Source of the DNA: Leptospiraceae bacterium
GTDB taxonomy: Bacteria; Spirochaetota; Leptospiria; Leptospirales; Leptonemataceae
DNA: 64,000 nucleotides
Direction: 5' to 3'
Assembly: GCA_040217195.1 (NCBI GenBank)
Contig: JAVJNR010000004.1
Coordinates: 256,001-320,000, forward strand
The position numbers were made by a program, and so were the translations under genes. Below, piece after piece: positions 19,731 to 29,435 of this stretch (positions are counted from its first letter, which is position 1; each line of letters opens with the position of its first letter). The notes below the pieces were generated by a model. It was not told the DNA's origin. It saw only the letters and a program-made list of their open reading frames with translations, and did not search any database.

Positions 19731-21371
19731 ATGAAAATCTTCAACAAGTATGGGCTCCATTTAAACCCTTACGTGTCCGTTTTCTCCGCTGTTCTTATCT
19801 TTCTTTTTGTATTTTTGGGAGTAGCCTTCACGGAGGCGATGAAATCCTACTTTGGCGATGTCCTGGATTTTCTGGGCACCTACGTTGGATGGTTTTATAT
19901 TCTCTGCGTCGGATTCTACGTAATCTTCGTAATCTGGCTATATTTTAGTCCATTTGGAAGAATTCGCCTGGGTCCGGACGATGAAAAGCCTCAGTTCAGC
20001 TACATGTCCTGGTTTGCCATGCTTTTTAGCGCCGGTATGGGTATTGGTCTGGTATTCTATTCCGTTGCTGAACCCATGACACATTACCTGCATCCACCTA
20101 TCGGTGAACCGCGAACTGTGGATGCAGCGCAGCGGTCCATGATTACTACCTTCTTTCACTGGGGACTTCATGCATGGGCTATCTATATAGTGATGGGCCT
20201 GGCTCTGGCTTATTTTACTCATCGAATGAAAATGCCATTATCTCTGCGAAGTGCATTCTATCCTCTAATCGGAAACCGAGTGGAAGGCGCCGCCGGTAAC
20301 ATCATCGATACCTTTGCAGTTCTGGGCACCCTATTTGGTCTGGCCACATCACTGGGCCTGGGGGTAATGCAGGTAAATGCTGGCCTGGAATTTACCGGAC
20401 TCATGGAATTTAGCGTCCAGAATCAGATAATTCTGATCGCGCTGATTACGCTGGCAGCGACCATTTCTGTGGTCACCGGCCTGGAGAAAGGTATCCTTTA
20501 CCTCAGTAATTTTAACATAGTTCTAGGCTTCATCCTGCTGCTATTTGTATTCTTTACCGGGCCTACACTTTTCATTCTCAAGTCCTGGGTTCAAAGCATG
20601 GGCGATTACTTCCAGCAATTCATTCATCTAACCTACTGGACTGCGGCCTACAAAGGAGAAACGGAAGCCTGGAGAGACTGGCAGAAGAACTGGACTCTAT
20701 TCTACTGGGCCTGGTGGATTTCCTGGTCTCCCTTTGTGGGAATGTTCATCGCACGCATTTCCAAAGGGCGGACCATCCGGGAATTCATCCTGGGAGTTTC
20801 TCTGGTTCCCACTTTAGTAACCTTTTTCTGGCTCACTGTATTTGGTAATACTGCCATCTGGTTTGATCTGTTCGGAGGAGGAGCAGAAAACATAGCCAAT
20901 GCTGTGGGAAGCACCGAAACACTTCCGACTGCATTGTTCATGCTACTGGAAAAGCTTCCCTTTGCCAGCGTTACGGCCATGATCGCTACAGTTGTAATAA
21001 CCGGCTACTTCATCACTTCCTCCGATTCCGGTTCCCTGGTGATTGATATGATCACTGCAGGCGGACATCATGAACCGCCTGTTAAGCAACGTATTTTCTG
21101 GGCGATAATGGAAGGTCTGGTAGCAGCGGTCCTGCTTCTGGCCGGAGGACTGATTGCGCTTCAAACGGCAGCATTAACAACTGCATTACCACTTTCCATA
21201 GTCCTGCTGCTGATCTGCTGGGGACTGGTGCGGCAGCTTCGCAAAGATCCCTCCAGGGCTACCAGATACGGAGTAAATCCTCTGGAGCTTCAAAAGGAAG
21301 AGAAGGAGCGTGCCCGTAAAGCTGCAGCGCCGATCAATCAGGAAGGTGCAAACATTCAAAAAGAGCACTAA
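19731..21371 (+). CDS. BCCT family betaine/choline/carnitine transporter
   Basis: SWFAMLFSAGMG, FHWGLHAW, WTLFYWAWWISWSPFVGMFIARISKGRT. Confidence 0.95.
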   Translation: MKIFNKYGLHLNPYVSVFSAVLIFLFVFLGVAFTEAMKSYFGDVLDFLGTYVGWFYILCVGFYVIFVIWLYFSPFGRIRLGPDDEKPQFSYMSWFAMLFSAGMGIGLVFYSVAEPMTHYLHPPIGEPRTVDAAQRSMITTFFHWGLHAWAIYIVMGLALAYFTHRMKMPLSLRSAFYPLIGNRVEGAAGNIIDTFAVLGTLFGLATSLGLGVMQVNAGLEFTGLMEFSVQNQIILIALITLAATISVVTGLEKGILYLSNFNIVLGFILLLFVFFTGPTLFILKSWVQSMGDYFQQFIHLTYWTAAYKGETEAWRDWQKNWTLFYWAWWISWSPFVGMFIARISKGRTIREFILGVSLVPTLVTFFWLTVFGNTAIWFDLFGGGAENIANAVGSTETLPTALFMLLEKLPFASVTAMIATVVITGYFITSSDSGSLVIDMITAGGHHEPPVKQRIFWAIMEGLVAAVLLLAGGLIALQTAALTTALPLSIVLLLICWGLVRQLRKDPSRATRYGVNPLELQKEEKERARKAAAPINQEGANIQKEH

Positions 21372-21419
21372 CCGGAGATTCATTAACTGAACATGCAAAG
21401 CATCTTCGGGGCCCGGGCA

Positions 21420-21463
21420 GATGCCTTACGTTTCGAGGATGCCTTACGTTTCGAGGATGCCTT
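21420..21463. repeat. tandem repeat, 18-bp unit GATGCCTTACGTTTCGAG, two full copies plus 8 bp
   Basis: Directly visible in the gap between the convergent BCCT and sdmt genes. Confidence 0.9.
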
Positions 21464-21595
21464 TTCCTCAGCCCCCTGGCTTCATTGCCAGGCTATTGAT
21501 AAGGGGGAAAAAAAAACAGAGCCGGTCATTTGTATCCTGGTGATGCAAAACCCGCTCTGCTCTGGCGGCCCGGGGGCCGCAGGATTAATTTCAGG

Positions 21596-22432
21596 CTACT
21601 TCTTCTTGAAGTGAAGAATGCCCCAGTTCAGGGCCCCTTTTTTGCCTGCTTCAACCCAATGAGACAATCCTTTCAGCATACGATCTACGTATTCCTGACT
21701 GATATGATTCATCTTCGAAGTCTTTTCCTTAAGTTCTGCAGCAACCCTTGAATAGTGCTCCGGAAGCTGGTGAGATAGATCAATAATCTGTACTGTTTCC
21801 ATTCCCAGTTTCTTTGCTTGCTCCTCATAGAACTTGAAAGAACCCATGGTTTCCAGGTGAATTCGATCCAGCACCGGCTGCAGGTCTTCCTTTTTCGCAT
21901 CCGGGCTTTGCATGGGATCGGTAAAGATCAGTTCTCCGCCTGATTTCAGTACGCGGTGAAGTTCCTGCATAACCTTTTCACGGTTTCCACTGTGAAGAAA
22001 AGAGTCCTCGGACCAAATAACATCAAATGTCTCGTCATTGTAAGATAGATTTTCAAAGTCACCGTCCACAACATCGATCAATTGATCCAGTCCCTGTTCC
22101 TTGTTCATCTGGCGGTCCCGCTCATTTTGCTTCTCGCTCAGATTGAGCGCTACCACGTGGCAGCCATATTTCTTGGCCAGGTATCTGGCCGCTCCGCCGA
22201 ACCCGGCTCCTGCATCCAGAACTTTGCTATCTTTGCCAATGTTCTGAATACAGCTGTCCATCTTTTCGACGGTCTTCTGGCTTGCATCCCGAATGGGATG
22301 ATCCGGCCCTTCATAAAGACCTATATGAATATCTTCGCCGCCCCAGACATCGTAGTAAAACTTGTCTGCGTCGTCGCTGTTGTAGTATTCTCTCGCTTTT
22401 TCTACTACGCCTGAATAGTTTTTTTCACTCAT
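21596..22432 (-). CDS. sdmt: sarcosine/dimethylglycine N-methyltransferase
   Basis: YYNSDDADKFY, WGGEDIHIGLY, LDAGAGFGG, FTDPMQ, RIHL, WGILHF. ATGA-coupled to gsmt. Confidence 0.92.
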   Translation of the reverse strand: MSEKNYSGVVEKAREYYNSDDADKFYYDVWGGEDIHIGLYEGPDHPIRDASQKTVEKMDSCIQNIGKDSKVLDAGAGFGGAARYLAKKYGCHVVALNLSEKQNERDRQMNKEQGLDQLIDVVDGDFENLSYNDETFDVIWSEDSFLHSGNREKVMQELHRVLKSGGELIFTDPMQSPDAKKEDLQPVLDRIHLETMGSFKFYEEQAKKLGMETVQIIDLSHQLPEHYSRVAAELKEKTSKMNHISQEYVDRMLKGLSHWVEAGKKGALNWGILHFKKK

Positions 22433-23259
22433 TCTTCTCCTCCTGTGCCGTAGCTTTTTTCTGCTACGTGGATCCAGAAGTCAGGCTCATTCTCATGATA
22501 GGTTTCCTTGAAATCACCATAGGTCCCCACTTTCTGGAACCCTACCTCTTCCATGAGCTTATGAACATAAGTCTTTCGAAGAGGAAACATATTTAAATGA
22601 AATACGGACTTGTCAGGGAACGTGTAGCGAAACCGGGCCAGACCTTCATCCACGTGTTCGGGCACCGCTTCTACATCTTCGCCAGCATAGTAGTAAGTAT
22701 GCTTGGATGAAAATCCATGATCAAGAATTGAGTCATAGTTTCGCTGATCAAGAATCAACAATCCATCGTGGCGCAACGCTGCATAGAACTCAGCCAGTGT
22801 CTTTCGACGATCACGTTCATCGAAAAGGTGAGTAAATGAATTACCAAGACAAATAATCGCATCGTATTTACCATGCACGTCGCGATTCAACCATCGCCAG
22901 TCTGCATGTATTGTGCGAAGCACGTGCCCTCTTTTTCGAGCATTTTCAAACGCTTTGGCAAGCATAACGGGACTACCGTCAGCGCTAAACACTTCAAAGC
23001 CTTCTTCAAGTAGACGAATGGAGTGAAAGCCGGTCCCTGTGGCCACATCCAGTATCTTCTTACATCCTCGCTCTTTCAGTGTGCGAATAAAGAAGTCCCC
23101 TTCGCTCTGGGCTCTCGCATCCCAGTCAATAAGATCATCCCACTTATCGACGAAGCCGCCAACGTATTCTTCAACATAATGGTCTGTATTTCGGACCGAA
23201 GTAGGATCCTTCCCAAAATCCTGGGTTTTTGCATCTGCAACAGTATCCTTTGAACTCAT
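22429..23259 (-). CDS. gsmt: glycine/sarcosine N-methyltransferase
   Basis: QDFGKDPT.VR.TDHY, FVDKWDDLIDW, ATGTGFHS, CLGNSFTHLF, DQRNYD; matches the Halorhodospira-type GSMT sequence as I recall it. Confidence 0.94.
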   Translation of the reverse strand: MSSKDTVADAKTQDFGKDPTSVRNTDHYVEEYVGGFVDKWDDLIDWDARAQSEGDFFIRTLKERGCKKILDVATGTGFHSIRLLEEGFEVFSADGSPVMLAKAFENARKRGHVLRTIHADWRWLNRDVHGKYDAIICLGNSFTHLFDERDRRKTLAEFYAALRHDGLLILDQRNYDSILDHGFSSKHTYYYAGEDVEAVPEHVDEGLARFRYTFPDKSVFHLNMFPLRKTYVHKLMEEVGFQKVGTYGDFKETYHENEPDFWIHVAEKSYGTGGEE

Positions 23260-23391
23260 AAATATACACCTCGACTATAAACCCCATCGCAGGGATTTCA
23301 ATTTTGCACGAGCCGCAATGGACTCATTTGGGCTTAACTAACCGGCAAGTTAACAAGACGCGTACGCGCAGTTTGGACACTATTAGGAGGC

Positions 23392-23412
23392 TGACAGTAA
23401 AGCGCACTGTCA
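23392..23412. promoter_or_regulatory. inverted repeat TGACAGT-N7-ACTGTCA overlapping a minus-strand TTGACA upstream of gsmt
   Basis: Perfect 7-bp arms; TTGACA at 23413-23408. Confidence 0.55.
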
Positions 23413-23669
23413 AGGAAAAAACCCGGGAAAAAGGAGTGCGAAAGGGGGGTGAAGAAGCCTTGCAATCTCGACCTGGACCCTGAAATACCGGAATTATGTC
23501 CCGGAAATGTCATCTGGTTTGTCTAACGTTGGCTCATGGATCGGTATTGCGGACCAGAAGACTCGGAGCTCCAGTGTCTGTGCTGAATGCCCGGATTCCA
23601 TATTGAAAGCGGCCTCCAGCGCCAATGAAAGGAGGCGCCGGATGGCGGAAACTCCGCCGGGCGTTTCGA

Positions 23670-23945
23670 TTACATTTCCATAGACAGCTCTTTCCAGTCG
23701 CCGTCCTTCTCTTTGCACTCTTCTTTGCTCATCTGTAGCCAGCCCTTTCCTTTACAGGAGTTCTGTCCGGCACAGCTGGTTTCTTTTGTGTGACAGGCAC
23801 TCTGACCCTTACATGCATTGATCCCGTGGCATTCGCCCAGGTCCGTCTGTAGCGGGGTATCGGCTGTTTCCGAACCACCGCAGGAGGCCGCCATAAGCAT
23901 CCCTCCCAGCGCCGCTCCCATCAGTATTTTGCTTCTTGAATCCAT
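23670..23945 (-). CDS. six-Cys bufferin (BufA2)-like small lipoprotein/precursor peptide
   Basis: Lipobox-like AASC, then C-HGINA-CKGQSA-C-x6-C-AGQNS-CKGKGW...C. Confidence 0.8.
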   Translation of the reverse strand: MDSRSKILMGAALGGMLMAASCGGSETADTPLQTDLGECHGINACKGQSACHTKETSCAGQNSCKGKGWLQMSKEECKEKDGDWKELSMEM

Positions 23946-24079
23946 GACCCATCTACAGGCTTAAACCGCAAAAAATCAACCCTTCTTTGATACACCGGAA
24001 ATAATGCTTCTTTGTGACTTTACTTTTTCGTCTTATGTAGCGAAGTTGTTATTGGCGTCGGTGTCCTGAAAGATAGAAA

Positions 24080-24679
24080 ATGTGGCCGCCGAAAAAATTT
24101 GATTCGAGGTCTTTGATGCTAAAATTTTCGCTAACATATGACCTGATCCGTAAAACCAAGATGGTTGATCTGGCCCGCACTCTTCGCGAAGCCAAGAAAG
24201 CCCGTTTGAAGGACATAAAAATATACGATCTTCTGACGGAAATCCAGCATGGAAATGGAAACGGACAGGGCTTATATCTACTATTTGGCCCAAAAGGTGA
24301 ACTTTACTACGTGGGAAAATGTGTAGGTAGTTCCTTTATTGAGAAACTGCCGGAGCAGTTTCGCTACCAGGAGTCTGGAAGACAGGCTACTTTGCTGTAT
24401 TCCATTCAAAAGAAGGATGGGTTCGGCAAACCAAAAGACAGGGATGAGTATGTTAAAGGTGCTCTTCGTGTAATGGAGAACTTCGACGTTTTGCTCATTC
24501 ACTTTCAACCGGAGGATTCAACTGAGATCGCACCGGTAGAATCTTTGATGCGCCGTACTCTTCAGCCTCTATTGAATGAGATCTACGGTCGCACGGATGT
24601 GAGAGGCAGTACGGTGCAGGAATGGGTAAAGGCTTTTCGCATTAGAGCAGCCAAGCTCAGCGCAAGCAGCCGCCGATAG
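24080..24679 (+). CDS. GIY-YIG-like hypothetical protein
   Basis: GLYLL...LYYVGK motif pair, with a later E...LQPLLN. Start uncertain. Confidence 0.6.
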   Translation: MWPPKKFDSRSLMLKFSLTYDLIRKTKMVDLARTLREAKKARLKDIKIYDLLTEIQHGNGNGQGLYLLFGPKGELYYVGKCVGSSFIEKLPEQFRYQESGRQATLLYSIQKKDGFGKPKDRDEYVKGALRVMENFDVLLIHFQPEDSTEIAPVESLMRRTLQPLLNEIYGRTDVRGSTVQEWVKAFRIRAAKLSASSRR

Positions 24680-24772
24680 GAAGTGGGATTCCATTCCCGC
24701 TGCGGCAAAGAATATACCCGGGAATTTCCGCTGGCCATTCGCCAGCGGAAACACTCCCCATATCTGCCAATA

Positions 24773-26167
24773 TCAGGGTTCGGATGGACCAATCATCAGC
24801 TCTGGCCGCACCATCTCGTCAAATTGGGTCTCATCCAGGATTCCCAGCTCCAGAGCAGATTCTTTAAGACTGATTCCCTTCTGATGAGCATTCTTGGCAA
24901 TCTTTGCCGCCTTGTCGTAACCGATATGAGGGTTCAGAGCCGTAACCAGCATCAATGAATTATTTAGATGCCTTTGAATATTCTCTTTCCAGGGCTCAAT
25001 GCCAACAGCGCAATTGTCGTTGAAGCTAAGGGCTGCATCACCAAGCAATCGAATAGAATTAAGAGCATTGAATACAATTACAGGCTTAAAAACGTTCAGC
25101 TCGAAGTTACCGGATGCCCCTCCAACATTTATGGCCACGTCATTGCCCAGGATCTGAGCACAAACCATGGTCATCGCTTCGCTCTGAGTCGGATTTACTT
25201 TACCAGGCATGATTGAACTTCCAGGTTCATTTTCCGGGATTCGAATCTCCGCCAGTCCGGACCTGGGGCCGCTGGCCATCCAACGAACATCGTTGGCCAA
25301 TTTCATCATATCCGCTGCAAGGGTTTTCAATGCACCATGAAGTTCTAGAATGGGGCCATGGGAACTTAATGCTTCAAATTTATTGGGAGCAGTAACAAAG
25401 GGTAATTTCGTAATGCTGGCAATTTCCTGAGCTGACTTCTCCGCGAAGCCCTTCAGTGTATTGAGTCCGGTTCCTACTGCAGTGCCACCCAGGGCCAGTT
25501 CAAATACTCCGCCCAGCGCATGATCGATTCTCTCCATATCGTGATCCAGCATGGTCACGTACGCGGAGAATTCCTGCCCCAGAGTTAATGGTGTTGCATC
25601 CATTAAATGAGTACGACCAATCTTGATTACATTTTCAAACTCTCTGGCCTTCTTATCCAGAGTGTTGCGCAAAGTCTTCAATCTGGGCTGTAAATGGTGC
25701 ACAACCTGTTCGGCTATGGCAATATGCATGGCCGTGGGAAATGTATCGTTCGAGCTCTGCGCGCGATTCACATGATCGTTCGGATGCACCGGTGTCTTGG
25801 AGCCCATGGTTCCGCCAGCCATTTCAATTGCACGATTGGAGATGACTTCATTGGAATTCATATTGGTCTGGGTTCCGCTACCGGTTTGCCATACAACCAG
25901 CGGAAAATGATCATCCAGTTTACCTTCGATGACTTCGTCGGCTGCCTTTACGATAAGATCAGCAATTTCATCTGGAAGATTTCCCAGAGATCGGTTGGCC
26001 AGGGCCGCAGATTTTTTTAGTATACCAAGTGCGCGGATCATCTCGCGAGGAAATCGATCATGACCAATCTTAAAGTTGGTCAGAGAACGCTGGGTCTGAG
26101 CCCCCCAGTACCGATCCGACTGGACCTCGATCTCACCCATTGTATCTGTTTCAATACGAACGCTCAT
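24773..26167 (-). CDS. fumC: class II fumarate hydratase
   Basis: [30 protein letters not shown]. Confidence 0.97.
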   Translation of the reverse strand: MSVRIETDTMGEIEVQSDRYWGAQTQRSLTNFKIGHDRFPREMIRALGILKKSAALANRSLGNLPDEIADLIVKAADEVIEGKLDDHFPLVVWQTGSGTQTNMNSNEVISNRAIEMAGGTMGSKTPVHPNDHVNRAQSSNDTFPTAMHIAIAEQVVHHLQPRLKTLRNTLDKKAREFENVIKIGRTHLMDATPLTLGQEFSAYVTMLDHDMERIDHALGGVFELALGGTAVGTGLNTLKGFAEKSAQEIASITKLPFVTAPNKFEALSSHGPILELHGALKTLAADMMKLANDVRWMASGPRSGLAEIRIPENEPGSSIMPGKVNPTQSEAMTMVCAQILGNDVAINVGGASGNFELNVFKPVIVFNALNSIRLLGDAALSFNDNCAVGIEPWKENIQRHLNNSLMLVTALNPHIGYDKAAKIAKNAHQKGISLKESALELGILDETQFDEMVRPELMIGPSEP

Positions 26168-26189
26168 TGAATCCTCCTGTAGCCAGGAA

Positions 26190-27575
26190 TTATTGGCTAC
26201 GACGGATGGTCAACAAAGTCAGATCATCCTCTGGTTCTCGATCATCCATGAACTGCTGGAACTCTCCCAGTATGGTAGACTGTATTTCTTCAAGTACTTC
26301 ATGGTCTTTTGTAAGACCTTTCTGAATGGCGCCTAACAATCCATCCAGACCAAACGGAATACCAGCTCTGTTTCGCGCTTCAGTGAATCCATCGGTATAC
26401 AAGAAGACTATATCCCCCGGAAGTAATTTCATTTCACTTTCGAGGTTTCTATCTCTTCCCGCTTCCAGACGATTTACTCCAAGCCAGACCCCTTGAGTAC
26501 TGTAAGATTCCAGGCGATCTGTAGCCTTTCGATAGACCAGAATACTCAAATGACTTCCTGCATAGACAACGTTGCCCCGGTTGTCCATTCGCAACAATAC
26601 AAAGGTCATGAATGATTTCTGGAACAATCGCATTATGCTTTCGAAAAATGAGTTGTTTATCTGAATCAATACATCCGATGCCCGATTCATTTTTTGAACG
26701 TTCAGACAGTAATGAAGCAGGCTCCGCACCTGCATAACAAGTAAACCGGCCTGAACTCCATGCCCGGTAACGTCGCCCACGGCAAACCAGGTATATTTCT
26801 TAGTAGGTACAACATCGAAGTAATCCCCACCTACCTGGGCTGCAGGTTGCATCATTCCGGTAAAACGGTAAGGACCCGCTCCGCTATCTCTGGGCAGAAG
26901 ACCCTGCTGAACGGTACGAGCAAATTCCAGTTCCTGATTGTGTATTGCTTGCAGCGATGTAAGCTTGGTTTCCGTTTCATTCCTGAATCGATCATATGCT
27001 TCGCTGACCAACCAGACGATTATACCGGCCACAAGTACATTTACATAATGACGAATTCTCCAGAACGGTACGGCCAGTGCTCGGTCGGGACTGGAAAAAC
27101 TACCGGAAGCGTCTGCGAAAAGAAAAGGAAAATGCACAGCCCAGTGAATTACCAGAACAGTTAATGCAATCCAGCGTCCGTATAGAAAATGCAGCAATAT
27201 AACCATCACCACAATGTACGGTAGATTCACCGGTGGATACTTCCCTATATGGTAAGAGTTAAAAGTCACAACGGCCGTTGCCACCATAACCATCAGAAAT
27301 CCCAGTTCCAGGAAGTACTTACCCTGGCTACGAATGATAAATATCAAAACGCCAATGAAAGACAGGCACATGATGCCCACTACCTGAGCGATGAGAGGTG
27401 TATGACCATAGATTACGGGCAATCGGGTCAGAAATATTAGTATGACCACCCCACCTACGCCCATTATAATTCGGAGCTTTCTTCGGGAGGCCAGATCCTG
27501 CATGATAGGATGGCTTTCCGGTAAAAAAGCATCCAGATAGCGTCTGAAATAGTCGTGTATGTCGAAACCTTTCAT
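26190..27575 (-). CDS. membrane-bound SpoIIE/PP2C family phosphatase
   Basis: N-terminal TM helices; VGGDYFD, GDVTGHG, YTDG, DDLT. Confidence 0.92.
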   Translation of the reverse strand: MKGFDIHDYFRRYLDAFLPESHPIMQDLASRRKLRIIMGVGGVVILIFLTRLPVIYGHTPLIAQVVGIMCLSFIGVLIFIIRSQGKYFLELGFLMVMVATAVVTFNSYHIGKYPPVNLPYIVVMVILLHFLYGRWIALTVLVIHWAVHFPFLFADASGSFSSPDRALAVPFWRIRHYVNVLVAGIIVWLVSEAYDRFRNETETKLTSLQAIHNQELEFARTVQQGLLPRDSGAGPYRFTGMMQPAAQVGGDYFDVVPTKKYTWFAVGDVTGHGVQAGLLVMQVRSLLHYCLNVQKMNRASDVLIQINNSFFESIMRLFQKSFMTFVLLRMDNRGNVVYAGSHLSILVYRKATDRLESYSTQGVWLGVNRLEAGRDRNLESEMKLLPGDIVFLYTDGFTEARNRAGIPFGLDGLLGAIQKGLTKDHEVLEEIQSTILGEFQQFMDDREPEDDLTLLTIRRSQ

Positions 27576-28627
27576 TATGGTCCGGCAAGAGTGGGATACA
27601 GATCCTGAAAGACCTCCATGGCCCGATCTCCATCATATCTCTCCAGCTTATCCTCAAATTCGCGGCCTTCCAGCACAAGAGCATTTTCCATTGAAGTGGC
27701 CATAATTGAATATTCTGGAACAATTACCCTTAGATGAAAGCACATGGATTGCCTTATCCGAAAGAATTCTATCCAGCTACCTTCGGTCCGGTCCGCCACT
27801 CGTAATACCAGTTCCGAATCCTCTAACTTCTGTATCTGTTCGCGAATGCCCCTGGAATTGATCTGGCCAGGGGTCAGGCCAGCCCTATCCCTCCAGAGTC
27901 CACGACAGGCCTGTGGCGTCGCAACAGAGTCCATTGCATCCGACGAAACAATTATAATAATTTCCTTTCTTTGATTCTGATTTAGATCTATTTGCCTTCG
28001 TAGTGCCAGAGTATGTAATTCAGCAGGGTGTAAAGGTCTGGATTTTCCACCTTCTTTCAGTCGAAAGCGTGCTGCTGCAAATTCTCCTGGAAGGGTCAGG
28101 CGATAGCCATGCTCCGGATGCGATACCAGGGTTCTATTCTGCTCAGTTCGATAAAGGACCACTGGTCCTACGAAGTTTACCGTGGCCTTCTCGAGTTTGT
28201 TGGCGGCCTCCCGGGAGGCCTTTTTTTGATAGGCAGGTAGATTATCAAGGGCAGCCAGCGCATGAAAGGTTTTCCAGATTCGACTGGCCTGCTCAGCATT
28301 TCCCGCTCTGTACAGCGCCTCCGCCTCCGCCATATGAAAAGGAGCATCCGAATCTCTGGGAACATTCGCTGGCATTGTCTCGAGCGGAAAGAAATCCAAT
28401 CCTGCCACGGTGAGAGAAAAGCCCCGCCCCTGACTGTCCTTCATCCACCATTGGCCTCGGACCAGCCCCTTCCGCTTCTGCATACCAGACATCCAGTCGA
28501 GTAATCGGTCTTTTTCTGCCTGGATCCAGGGGCGGCGGATTAGCTGGGCTTCCTGCGCTGAAGCCGACCCTGACCATGAAATGCTCAGGATGAACGAAAG
28601 TATAATGGCTTTGTAACGCATGCTCAC
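27575..28627 (-). CDS. exported hypothetical protein
   Basis: Signal peptide ending ASA-Q; 1-nt stop/start overlap with the PP2C gene. Confidence 0.7.
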   Translation of the reverse strand: MSMRYKAIILSFILSISWSGSASAQEAQLIRRPWIQAEKDRLLDWMSGMQKRKGLVRGQWWMKDSQGRGFSLTVAGLDFFPLETMPANVPRDSDAPFHMAEAEALYRAGNAEQASRIWKTFHALAALDNLPAYQKKASREAANKLEKATVNFVGPVVLYRTEQNRTLVSHPEHGYRLTLPGEFAAARFRLKEGGKSRPLHPAELHTLALRRQIDLNQNQRKEIIIIVSSDAMDSVATPQACRGLWRDRAGLTPGQINSRGIREQIQKLEDSELVLRVADRTEGSWIEFFRIRQSMCFHLRVIVPEYSIMATSMENALVLEGREFEDKLERYDGDRAMEVFQDLYPTLAGP

Positions 28628-28694
28628 CTTATTCTTTTTTCGGTTTTTGCTGGAACTGCTTGACTGAGACTTTTGCTAAAAGATCTTTCAGGAG

Positions 28695-29435
28695 ATGGCC
28701 GACCAAAAGCAGGTATTCCAGAACATAAAGATGATTGTGAAACCTTTTCTCAATCTGATGGTATCCATCGATAAAAAAGGTCTTCAGCACATTCCGGATG
28801 CAGGAGGCACCATCCTGGTGGGCAATCATCGTTCCGATATGGATCCATTTATTGTAGCTTCTGTTGTGCCTCGCTATATCTCCTGGATTGCAGCGGAATA
28901 CACTCAGAGAATTCCCATATTTAAAAACCTGATTCGGGAAACCGGAGTCATTCCAATGGACATAAGCGGTAACGTTTCAGTATCGTCCATAAAGAGATTG
29001 ATGGGAGTGTTGAAGTCCGGCGAAATACTTGGTATTTTTCCCGAGGGTCATGACTACATGGTTCAGAATGACTTTGCTGCGCCAATGGTTTCCTTTCACT
29101 CCGGCTTTGCTATTTTTGCTTACAGGGCCCGGGTTCCCATTGTTCCTTTCAGCATCATTCCTGTTGAGGAAGAGATTGAGGCAATGCCCGTGCCGCAACA
29201 GCTCAGACAGCTAATGGGCTTACCGGAAGAGGTATCCAGCATCCCCCAGCGAGCCAACTACAAGAAAGTTAAGGTTGTTTTCGGACCGGCTCTCCAACCC
29301 GATGAGTTTCGCGAAAAGAAAGAAAAGGATGCCCTGGAATACATCCGGAATAAGGTCCGAAACTCCATGATAGATATTCAATTGCAGGAAGGACTGCTTG
29401 CAGATAATGAACTTTCCGTCCAGACCACTTCGTAA
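28695..29435 (+). CDS. lysophospholipid acyltransferase (PlsC family)
   Basis: NHRSDMD and IFPEG motifs. Confidence 0.92.
   Translation: MADQKQVFQNIKMIVKPFLNLMVSIDKKGLQHIPDAGGTILVGNHRSDMDPFIVASVVPRYISWIAAEYTQRIPIFKNLIRETGVIPMDISGNVSVSSIKRLMGVLKSGEILGIFPEGHDYMVQNDFAAPMVSFHSGFAIFAYRARVPIVPFSIIPVEEEIEAMPVPQQLRQLMGLPEEVSSIPQRANYKKVKVVFGPALQPDEFREKKEKDALEYIRNKVRNSMIDIQLQEGLLADNELSVQTTS

Noticed and set aside
21393..21614. ORF with DALRFE repeats, or a mini-CRISPR
   Set aside because: The peptide repeat is just the 18-bp tandem duplication read in frame. There are no spacers and no cas genes.
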